A stretch of 64,000 nt of DNA from Candidatus Latescibacterota bacterium (GTDB lineage Bacteria > Latescibacterota > UBA2968): assembly GCA_965207885.1 (NCBI GenBank), contig OZ242311.1, positions 3,616,001 to 3,680,000 on the forward strand, written 5' to 3'. Of this stretch, positions 17,324 through 25,122 are shown piece by piece. Under the pieces are notes generated by a model, which worked only from the letters and a program-made list of their open reading frames with translations, had not been told where the DNA came from and made no database searches. The position numbers and the translations under genes are program-made. How positions within the stretch are numbered: position 1 is the first letter of the stretch; every line of letters starts with the position of its first letter.

Positions 17324-19840
17324 TCACTCGTCCATCCCCGCGTCTTGCAGAGCACTCAACAAATGGGGCACGCCGAAAAACAGCAGGCTCAAGTACATGG
17401 GACTCAGTCCCACTGCGCCGCGCCTTTTGGGATCGTCGCTCCAATCCTGCGATTCGGCCAAGCGGCGCAGCAGTTGCCGGCCCACCTCCAAATAGCCCCG
17501 CTCGCCTGTCAGCCTGTACGCATAGCTCAGATGGCGGCATAGCACCCCGCCGTAGCGCTGCTTCCACGCCATTTCGGAATCGAAAACGTCCGGCCCACCG
17601 CAAAACCAATCCACAGCCCGCAGATAGCATTTTGCCACATCGGTCCGGCCTGTCAATCGGTGTAGCAATTCGAGGCCGATCATTAAATAGTGGATCTGAT
17701 AGCCCTTCTGGTCGGCGTAGGACAGCACGTGTTTGCCCTCGGCAGAAGCCCCGCCCAGGGCCTTGTGCTCAGCCGGGGTAAAAGGTGTTGCGGTGCCCAT
17801 TTCCACGGCCAGGGTCGTACCTTCGGTGGCCATGCCGTAGGGTGCCTGGTCGGGCAACCGATCGGGGGTGGAAACCTGAAAGCGCTTGTGCCAACTGCCG
17901 TCGTCGTTCTGACCCCGGGCGATGACCTGAAAAATTTCTTCGGCGCGCTGTTTGAAACGCGCTTTGCCCGTTAGTTCCCACAAATACAGCAGGCCGCGCA
18001 AAGTGTTGGCAATGCTGCGCAAACTAAAGGAAAAACGGGAATCTTCGCTCCAGCGATAGCGCAGGAAAAATTCGCCAGCTTCCCCGAGTACCTCCAATGT
18101 CCGGTGGTCGCCCGTCAAGTAGTAATAGTCAATCCAGTTGTCGATAAAAGTGTGCGAAGCACAAGGCTCGTCGCCAAAGTGGTCGATGCTGTGTCGGAAA
18201 CAGCCGCCGACCCGATACGGCCTGAGCGGGTGGTAGTGGCAGGTATCGACATCCATCGAGTGCCGGGTCATAGCCTCACCGAGACGGAACCAGCGCCCTG
18301 CCCCGCTGCGCAAATACTGGATCCACACCCCGTGGCGCGGGTCCCACTCGCTGTTGCACCAGCCCCACCTGCCCCGGAAGCGCCAGTCGCCGGTCGATTC
18401 CTCCCAGGCCACGAGCACATCGCCCCAGTCAAAAAAACCGCGCCAGCGATTGACCTCAATACTGCGCGCCATCCACTCGAGGAAGCCGTCGAGCATGCGC
18501 TCGGAGTGCGGAAAGGCATCTACCGCGCGGACCGCAAAGCCGCCGGCGACTTCGCAGTGAGCCATCCAGCCGGGATCAACCGCGACGTGTGGCCAATCGA
18601 GCAAAGCCGTCAGCCGTTGGGGGGCTTCTTCGCTGGTATTGCGCTGGAAGTAATCGATAAAAAATTCCGAGGTTTTGGCCGTGCCCAGGCCATCGCTGTA
18701 CACGCCTTCTCCCTCGTGCCAGGCCACTTCCTCGGCATAGCGCTTGAAATGCAGTCGCCCGCCATCCGGATCTTTCCACAAAAACACGTCGATCCCCCCT
18801 CGATCCACGCCTATGGCTTTGGGGTATTCCTCGGCCATATAGCGCAACGCCACCCCGACCCCGGCTTCCTCGCCCTCCAACACCGCCCACCCACCGGCCC
18901 GTTCTCCTTCAGCTATCCTCTCTGAGTGCCCGCTGCGCCGCCGCGCCAGGCGGAAGTGGCGATCCTGACGCTGAGCCAAAAGCAGGCCTTCGTCCTGACC
19001 CAGAACGCCTTCCATACACCGATTTCCACCCACCCGATAGCGTCGTTTTCCCGCCCAATCCACCGGGATTCGCACGGCCAGTTCCCGCAATTCGGTCTGA
19101 TCTGGATCGCAGGCCACCACGACGGTGTGCAAGACCCGCAAAAAGGCGTGTCCGGCAAAGGCGTATATCCGCGTCACGAAACGAAATGGTTGATAGCCGA
19201 CGTAGTGGTGCATAGGCGCCTCGGATTCCAGGGCACCTTCGCAGCGAATCACCGCCCGTAGAGGCCCGGATTCTTCCACCTGGACCCGGTACGCGCTTTC
19301 CCCCAGCGATGCCCGGCACATCCCGCCCATGCCATAGATCCGCCGCTGGGTCTCCCCAATCTCAAAAGCCTCGCAAATATCGGCCCAACTGTCGCCGCCT
19401 TGCGAACTCACAGCGACTTCTTCGACAAAGCCATCGGCCTCCTGCCGCCCCAATGATACCGCGTGTACCAGGCCATAGCGCTGCCGACTCACGGCAAAGC
19501 GCAAGGGGCCGGTACACACGACAATGCGCTCGTCACTCTCGCTTATTTGCAGTCGATTCGCCGGAGTAGCGCGAGGGGCTTCGCCAGCATAACACAAGTG
19601 GTAAACCGTTGATCCGACCACGTCGGCTTGAAAATCGACCAGGACCCACTTGATACTGCCGTCGGGCCAATGGCTCAGCGGACGACTTTGCAGGTTTACA
19701 GCCCGTCCCCGAGCATCCTCCAACCACAAATCGGCGCATTCGGCTACAGCCCCTTGTGGCAGAGGCACGCCCCGGGTCACAGGCCACGCACGGCGTTCGA
19801 TCCCGCTCTCTTCCTGGACAGTCAATATTAGACGTTGCAT
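17324..19840 (-). CDS. Exo-rhamnogalacturonan-lyase-like (PcRGLX/YetA-like) carbohydrate-active protein
   Basis: N-terminal WPVTRGVPLPQG...WPDGSIKWVLVDF; VEESGPLRAVI; GFFDWGD...WCNSE; EAMTRHSMDVD; DYYYLTGD alpha/alpha-barrel region. Start at MQRL after AGGA. Confidence 0.65.
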   Translation of the reverse strand: MQRLILTVQEESGIERRAWPVTRGVPLPQGAVAECADLWLEDARGRAVNLQSRPLSHWPDGSIKWVLVDFQADVVGSTVYHLCYAGEAPRATPANRLQISESDERIVVCTGPLRFAVSRQRYGLVHAVSLGRQEADGFVEEVAVSSQGGDSWADICEAFEIGETQRRIYGMGGMCRASLGESAYRVQVEESGPLRAVIRCEGALESEAPMHHYVGYQPFRFVTRIYAFAGHAFLRVLHTVVVACDPDQTELRELAVRIPVDWAGKRRYRVGGNRCMEGVLGQDEGLLLAQRQDRHFRLARRRSGHSERIAEGERAGGWAVLEGEEAGVGVALRYMAEEYPKAIGVDRGGIDVFLWKDPDGGRLHFKRYAEEVAWHEGEGVYSDGLGTAKTSEFFIDYFQRNTSEEAPQRLTALLDWPHVAVDPGWMAHCEVAGGFAVRAVDAFPHSERMLDGFLEWMARSIEVNRWRGFFDWGDVLVAWEESTGDWRFRGRWGWCNSEWDPRHGVWIQYLRSGAGRWFRLGEAMTRHSMDVDTCHYHPLRPYRVGGCFRHSIDHFGDEPCASHTFIDNWIDYYYLTGDHRTLEVLGEAGEFFLRYRWSEDSRFSFSLRSIANTLRGLLYLWELTGKARFKQRAEEIFQVIARGQNDDGSWHKRFQVSTPDRLPDQAPYGMATEGTTLAVEMGTATPFTPAEHKALGGASAEGKHVLSYADQKGYQIHYLMIGLELLHRLTGRTDVAKCYLRAVDWFCGGPDVFDSEMAWKQRYGGVLCRHLSYAYRLTGERGYLEVGRQLLRRLAESQDWSDDPKRRGAVGLSPMYLSLLFFGVPHLLSALQDAGMDE

Positions 19841-19958
19841 ATCTTCCTCCGCTCGTAAACACACCGGGTATTTTAAAACAGCTACTGAAAAAAAGCCAAC
19901 ATTTTACGCACTGCATTTGGGCAAGTTGGCAATGCGCAAACGCAAATCTTTCTTGTAC

Positions 19959-19987
19959 TTGACTCACAGCCCAAAAGCTGGTATTGT
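19959..19987 (+). promoter_or_regulatory. Putative sigma70 promoter for cyoE-ABC operon
   Basis: TTGACT-N17-TATTGT. Confidence 0.55.
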
Positions 19988-20046
19988 TATGGCTTCAAAA
20001 AATAAGTGGTGCTTTTGATCAACCTCTTTTTTTAAGAATATCTTTT

Positions 20047-20928
20047 ATGAACGCCGAACTGGTACAGGCAAAAACATTTGTAAATGACTTATTTGTTTTA
20101 ATTAAATTTCGGATTGGACTGATGGTCGTGTTTAGCACTTCTGTGGGATATGTGCTCGGCATGGGATATGTTCCCGATCCGATTCATATCTTCCATGTGC
20201 TATTCGCCACTTTTTTAACTACATCTGGCACGGGTATTTTAAACCAGTTTATGGAGCGCGAGCGCGATGCGAGAATGGGACGCACAGCCGACCGACCACT
20301 CCCTGCGGGACGCATTGCGCCAGAACTGGCCTGTTGGTTTGGGTTAATTTTAAGTGGTATGGGCATTGTCTATCTGGGGGTGCTGGTCAACTACTTGACC
20401 GCACTGGTGGGCTTATTAACCGTGGTGGTATATTTGCTCCTCTATACGCCCTTAAAGCCCAAAACACCGCACAATACAGCGATTGGAGCCATTGCAGGCG
20501 CATTGCCGCCAGTGGGTGGATGGACCGCAGCAACAGGTGTTTTGAGTGGCGAAGCACTGGCCCTGTTTGGCATTTTGTTTTTGTGGCAATTCCCCCATTT
20601 TTTGTCCATAGCCTGGCTTTATCGAGAAGATTATGCACGCGGTGGATTTCGCATGCTACCCATAGAAGACCCGCAAGGCCATAGAACTGCCCATCAGGTG
20701 GTACTTTATACCCTGGTCTTGTTGTCGTGCAGCCTGATGCCAGCGTTATTGGGTATGGCTGGTGTCGCGTATTTCGGCGTTGCCGTGTTGCTCGGCCTGG
20801 GCCTGTTGTACGCCAGTTTGACCTTTGCGCAATCGCGCACAGATGTATTGGCACGCCGCCTGATGCGAGCAACCCTCATATATCTGCCCGTATTGTGGAC
20901 AGTGATGATGTTGGACAAAATTACGTGA
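20047..20928 (+). CDS. cyoE: Protoheme IX farnesyltransferase (heme o synthase)
   Basis: NQFMERERDARMGRTADRPLPAG, YTPLK, GAIAGALPP, WQFPHF, YREDYARGG. Confidence 0.95.
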   Translation: MNAELVQAKTFVNDLFVLIKFRIGLMVVFSTSVGYVLGMGYVPDPIHIFHVLFATFLTTSGTGILNQFMERERDARMGRTADRPLPAGRIAPELACWFGLILSGMGIVYLGVLVNYLTALVGLLTVVVYLLLYTPLKPKTPHNTAIGAIAGALPPVGGWTAATGVLSGEALALFGILFLWQFPHFLSIAWLYREDYARGGFRMLPIEDPQGHRTAHQVVLYTLVLLSCSLMPALLGMAGVAYFGVAVLLGLGLLYASLTFAQSRTDVLARRLMRATLIYLPVLWTVMMLDKIT

Positions 20929-20992
20929 GACAAGTGTGCATCCGATTTGGAAGATACAGGAGGTGATAGGCTGACCTATCACCTTTCTTTGT

Positions 20993-21934
20993 ATGTGCAG
21001 GAGCAATCAATTGCAAGTAGCAATAAATGTCGAAAATGTGAGCCACAAATTTGGCGAGCGCGTGGCATTAGACAGTATCACATTACAGGTGATGACCGGA
21101 GAGATGTACGGTCTTTTAGGCCCCAATGGAGGGGGAAAGACCACCCTATTTCGCATGTTGTGTACTATGCTGCCTCCCGATCACGGCACGATTCGCCTGT
21201 TGGGCAAAAACGCCACTGCCAGTGCTGTGCGCACACACATCGGGGTGGTATTTCAACATCCCAGCCTGGATGCGCGTTTGACTGTACTGGAGAATTTGCG
21301 CCATCAAGGCCATCTCTATGGCTTGAAAGGTCGCCTGCTCTTCCAACGCATTGAAGAAGTCCTCGACATGATGACCCTCACAGATCGCGCAAAAGATCGA
21401 GTCGAAGTACTATCCGGCGGATTACAGCGGCGCGTTGAACTGTGCAAAAGTTTGTTGCACCACCCCGAAATATTGATCTTTGATGAACCCTGCACAGGGC
21501 TTGATCCCGGTGCGCGTCGGAGGTTTTGGGACGATCTGGATATTTTGCGGCAGACCTATGGCACGACACTGATATTGACGACCCATTTTATAGAAGAAGC
21601 CGAGCGCTGTGACCGCATTGGCATTTTAGATCGCGGACAGCTAATTGCCGAAGGCACGCCCGAGGCATTGAAGCGCACAGTCGGGTGCGAAGTAATTACC
21701 CTTGAGACACGCGATTCCAAAAGCCTGCAATTACAAATCGAAAAAGTTTTAGGCCGCGATGTCCAGATAATTGACGGACAGGTGCGTATTCCCTGCGATG
21801 ACGGGCAAAGACTGTTGGCACAGTTGTATCCCCTTCTGCGAGAGGAAGTTCAAGCCATGACCTTAAGCGTGCCCACACTTGAGGATGTTTTTGTGCAGCG
21901 AACAGGACACGGATTTCACGTGGAGGGTCAGTAG
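20993..21934 (+). CDS. ABC transporter ATP-binding protein (DrrA/ABC-2 type)
   Basis: Walker A GPNGGGKT; LSGGLQRR; Walker B ILIFDEP; TTH. Confidence 0.92.
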   Translation: MCRSNQLQVAINVENVSHKFGERVALDSITLQVMTGEMYGLLGPNGGGKTTLFRMLCTMLPPDHGTIRLLGKNATASAVRTHIGVVFQHPSLDARLTVLENLRHQGHLYGLKGRLLFQRIEEVLDMMTLTDRAKDRVEVLSGGLQRRVELCKSLLHHPEILIFDEPCTGLDPGARRRFWDDLDILRQTYGTTLILTTHFIEEAERCDRIGILDRGQLIAEGTPEALKRTVGCEVITLETRDSKSLQLQIEKVLGRDVQIIDGQVRIPCDDGQRLLAQLYPLLREEVQAMTLSVPTLEDVFVQRTGHGFHVEGQ

Positions 21935-22704
21935 TGCGAATGGCTTTCTGGTTGCCCGTGGTGTCGCTCTGGCGGCGCGAACTGGTGCGCTTCGTCCGAG
22001 ATCGCAATCGATTATTCGGTGCAATAGGTCAACCTCTCGTGTTCTGGTTGCTATTGGGCGCTGGTTTTGAAAAGTCTTTTGCGCCCCTGGGTATCTCCAG
22101 TGGATATCTGGAATATATTTATCCGGGAATATTATTGCTGATTGTGTTATTTACAGCGATCTTTTCGACCATTTCGGTCATTGAAGACCGGCGCGAAGGA
22201 TTTATGCAATCGGTGCTGGTCGCACCCGTATCGCGGATTGGATTGGTGTTCGGCAAGGTTTTGGGTGGTGGAACTCTCGCCTTTTTGGAAAGCCTGGTAT
22301 TTTTGTTATTTTTGGCATTTTTAGATATTCCAATCAGCATCGTATCTCTGGGCATGACCCTCATATTTTTAGCTATACTGGGCATTGCCCTCACTGCTCT
22401 GGGCTTTGCAATAGCCTGGCAGGCTTCATCCACTGCGGGATTTCACGCGGTGATGAATTTGTTATTATTCCCCATGTGGGCGCTGTCTGGCGCATTTTTT
22501 CCCGCAGAAGGCGCGTCGCGCTGGCTGGGGTACCTGATGGCAATAAATCCATTGACTTACGGTATGGATGGTTTGCGCCAATCTCTTTACCTCACAACAT
22601 CTGGTGCAAATACCCATTTTTGGTTTTGCGGTATAATAAGTGTGGCATTTGCAGCTCTGACCCTCAGTGCAGCCGTATGGCAGGTATGTCGAAAAGAGAA
22701 ATAA
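21934..22704 (+). CDS. ABC-2 type transporter permease
   Basis: Six hydrophobic segments; DRREGFMQSVLVAP; LSGAFFP; NPLTY. Confidence 0.9.
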   Translation: MRMAFWLPVVSLWRRELVRFVRDRNRLFGAIGQPLVFWLLLGAGFEKSFAPLGISSGYLEYIYPGILLLIVLFTAIFSTISVIEDRREGFMQSVLVAPVSRIGLVFGKVLGGGTLAFLESLVFLLFLAFLDIPISIVSLGMTLIFLAILGIALTALGFAIAWQASSTAGFHAVMNLLLFPMWALSGAFFPAEGASRWLGYLMAINPLTYGMDGLRQSLYLTTSGANTHFWFCGIISVAFAALTLSAAVWQVCRKEK

Positions 22705-22930
22705 GTTAGGGGCTGGGGCTGGGCGGCCCTCTCGCGTCCTCGCGTTTCACGTCTTGCTTTTTTATGGAACAGAAATCTTATTTAACAAATAGCCCGTAAG
22801 TCCCTAATGCTTTATTTGGGAAGCAGATGCGAGAGGGCGAGCGTTGTTCTGCAAGTGGCTCTACGGAGCCCTGCTTTCGCAGGGACATGCTTATGGGGCG
22901 ATGCTTTAGCATGAGGTCACATCGCCTTGT

Positions 22931-23020
22931 GCCTGCCTGTGCGTCACCGCACGCAGACAGGCGATGTGACCGGTGACGCATTAAGATTCGTTCTCCCTGT
23001 CTGCGTGCCCGCACAGGCAG
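22931..23020. repeat. Two inverted copies of a REP-like palindrome (CCTGTCTGCGTGC-n-CGCACAGGCAG)
   Basis: 22931-22962 (rc GCCTGTCTGCGTGCGGTGACGCACAGGCAGGC) and 22996-23020 (CCTGTCTGCGTGCCCGCACAGGCAG). Confidence 0.75.
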
Positions 23021-23041
23021 ATAATTCCACGAAAAATGAAA

Positions 23042-23070
23042 TTGACAAAATATGTGCATAAGTGTATATT
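23042..23070 (+). promoter_or_regulatory. sigma70 promoter of tnpB, probably leaderless
   Basis: TTGACA-N17-TATATT, with ATG 6 nt after the -10 and no SD. Confidence 0.7.
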
Positions 23071-23076
23071 TTACTC

Positions 23077-24222
23077 ATGCTTAAGTCCTTTAAATACAGA
23101 TTGCGCCCAACGAAAAAACAAGAAAAAATCCTACTGGCGCACATTGAAGAATGTCGCTTGCTGTATAACCAACTTGTCTGTGATAGAGTCCAAGCATGGG
23201 AAAAGAATAAAGAAAGTTTGTCGCGCTATGAGCAACAGGCCACATTACCAATGCTGAAACAACAGCATAAATCTTTTTCTCTTGTCTATTCTCAAGTTCT
23301 CCAGCAAGTATGCCAGAGAGTAGATTGGGCGTTCAAAGGATTTTTCCGCCGTCTCAAAGAGCGGGCAAAGACAGGCGAGAAAGCAGGCTTTCCCAGATAC
23401 AAGGGTCAGAATCGCTACGATTCTATCACCTATCCTCAGTTTTCCAACGGATGCCGACTGGACGATAAGGGCTTGCGATTGAGCAAAATAGGCTGTATTC
23501 GGATTGTGCAGCACAGACCACTTGAGGGTATGCTTAAGTCTTGCACGCTCAGGCGCACAGCCACGGGCAAGTGGTTCGCGTCTATCTCTTGTGATATAGG
23601 CGACGCCCCTGATAAAACAGACGATAGTCCCGCCGTTGGCATTGATGTGGGACTTGATAATTTCGCTATGTTTTCTGACGAGACAAAGATAGCAAATCCT
23701 CGCTTTTTTCGAAAAGAGGAAAAGGCACTTGCCAAAGCACAGCGCAAGTGGGACAAAGTTAAAAAAGTGTCGCCAAAGAAACGAGAGAAAGCACGTAAGA
23801 CTGTTGCCAGAGTGCATGAGCGTATCCGGAATAGACGGAACAATTTTGTGCATCAAGAGTCTCGAAAGATAGTGAATAAATACGGCTTTGTCGTCGTAGA
23901 AAAGTTAAAACCTAAAGAGATGCAAAAGAATCGTCGTTTATCAAAAAGCATCTCAGATGCAGCGTGGTCACTGTTTCGGCGTTGTCTCGAATACAAAGCG
24001 GAAGAAGCTGGTATTGGATTCAAGGCCGTTGATCCTGAATACACCTCACAAGATTGCGCTTCTTGTGGGCACCGCGAGAAGAAAGCACTCTCTGATCGTG
24101 TGCATCATTGCGAAAAGTGTGGCTATACAGCAGACAGAGACCACAATGCAGCGATAAACATATTGACTTTGGGATTACAAAGTCAGGCGGCTTGCCTGCG
24201 CGTGAGGCATTCGCGCAAGTAG
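23077..24222 (+). CDS. tnpB: IS200/IS605-family RNA-guided endonuclease TnpB
   Basis: N-terminal KYRLRPTKKQ HTH; RuvC-I GIDVG, RuvC-II VVEKL, zinc finger CASC...CEKC, RuvC-III DRDHNAAINI. Confidence 0.95.
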   Translation: MLKSFKYRLRPTKKQEKILLAHIEECRLLYNQLVCDRVQAWEKNKESLSRYEQQATLPMLKQQHKSFSLVYSQVLQQVCQRVDWAFKGFFRRLKERAKTGEKAGFPRYKGQNRYDSITYPQFSNGCRLDDKGLRLSKIGCIRIVQHRPLEGMLKSCTLRRTATGKWFASISCDIGDAPDKTDDSPAVGIDVGLDNFAMFSDETKIANPRFFRKEEKALAKAQRKWDKVKKVSPKKREKARKTVARVHERIRNRRNNFVHQESRKIVNKYGFVVVEKLKPKEMQKNRRLSKSISDAAWSLFRRCLEYKAEEAGIGFKAVDPEYTSQDCASCGHREKKALSDRVHHCEKCGYTADRDHNAAINILTLGLQSQAACLRVRHSRK

Positions 24223-24290
24223 GCTTTGACCACCAAGAAGCCCAACTGCTCTACCGTTGGGAGTAATCACTTGTTGGATATTGTATTGAC
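24160..24290 (+). ncRNA. Predicted TnpB reRNA/omegaRNA scaffold plus guide
   Basis: Hairpins at 24164-24185, 24190-24224 and 24241-24261 ending at TCAC (24270); guide would be TTGTTGGATATTGTATTGAC. The 5' boundary is uncertain. Confidence 0.6.
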
Positions 24291-24319
24291 AAAAAGAATC
24301 CCTGGCGTATGGTCTTGTC

Positions 24320-25054
24320 ATGCAGAAACTAACGCATCTATTATTTTTTACCTGTGTCTGTATATCCTGTCTGGGTGGTTGTAGCTTGCTCGACCGTCAG
24401 CAAGGTCCCAAGTTACTGGATTTGCGCACAGACCGAGGGTCTGACCCATCAGTGGGGCGTGGACAGGAAGTACAAATTACCATCGTGACGGATGATCCAG
24501 ACAATGATGAGTTGGATTTTCGCTGGATTGCGACCGGAGGAGAATTTGCTGCCAGCCGTGCGGATACGCTGATTGACCTGTTTCAAGATTCGGTAACAGT
24601 TGTATGGAAAGCACCCATTGAACCCGGTGTTTACGAACTGTTTTTAGAATTGGGTGACGGCCAATCTGAGATATTGGTGACCTCAGGCGTGCGTATTGCC
24701 GTAACGCAAGCCCCTCCCATTGCTGTTGTCGGCCCAGATCGGGAATTGGGTTTTCACGATGAGTTGCGCGTGATCTTAGACGGCACTGGCAGTTCGGATC
24801 CAGACCAGGACGCGCTGATGTATTTTTGGACACAGATTTCAGGACCGCGCGTGGGATTGCAAAATAGCAGTGGACCATCGCCCGAGTTTCCCGTGCCTGC
24901 ACCGGCAGATTACATTTTTGAACTGCGCGTGGCAGACTTGATACAGGGCGTGGGAGATACGAGCAATGTGGTAGTTACACGGGTTCGCGTAACAGACCGC
25001 ACTGGGCGCGTGACCGGATCCGGCCTTACTCGGTTATTGGATCGCGGGCACTAA
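24320..25054 (+). CDS. Lipoprotein with Ig/PKD-like domains
   Basis: Lipobox LGGC; DDPDNDELDFRW and LDGTGSSDPDQDALMYFWTQISGP PKD-type motifs. Confidence 0.7.
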   Translation: MQKLTHLLFFTCVCISCLGGCSLLDRQQGPKLLDLRTDRGSDPSVGRGQEVQITIVTDDPDNDELDFRWIATGGEFAASRADTLIDLFQDSVTVVWKAPIEPGVYELFLELGDGQSEILVTSGVRIAVTQAPPIAVVGPDRELGFHDELRVILDGTGSSDPDQDALMYFWTQISGPRVGLQNSSGPSPEFPVPAPADYIFELRVADLIQGVGDTSNVVVTRVRVTDRTGRVTGSGLTRLLDRGH

Positions 25055-25091
25055 ACAAAAGCGCAAGTACCTATTACATAATTTTTGGATT

Positions 25092-25121
25092 AAAGAGCAG
25101 GTAATTACCTGCTCTTTTTTT
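25092..25121. terminator. Bidirectional terminator between the lipoprotein gene and polB
   Basis: Perfect palindrome AAAGAGCAGGTAATTACCTGCTCTTT followed by a T run. Confidence 0.8.
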
Positions 25122-25122
25122 G

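Larger units (their letters stand above)
23042..24270 (+). mobile_element. TnpB-only (IS1341-like) IS200/IS605 element; left end not resolved
   Basis: Right end GAAG-CCCAAC(tgctctacc)GTTGGG-AGTAA-TCAC at 24237-24270. No tnpA nearby; start coordinate is approximate. Confidence 0.75.

Noticed and set aside
22790-22910. 6S RNA or cobalamin riboswitch
   Set aside because: Paired region too short for 6S and no recognisable B12 box; kept only as an unclassified structured element.
23077-24222. Nuclease-dead TldR repressor or Cas12f with CRISPR array
   Set aside because: RuvC D/E/D residues are intact and no repeat-spacer array is adjacent.
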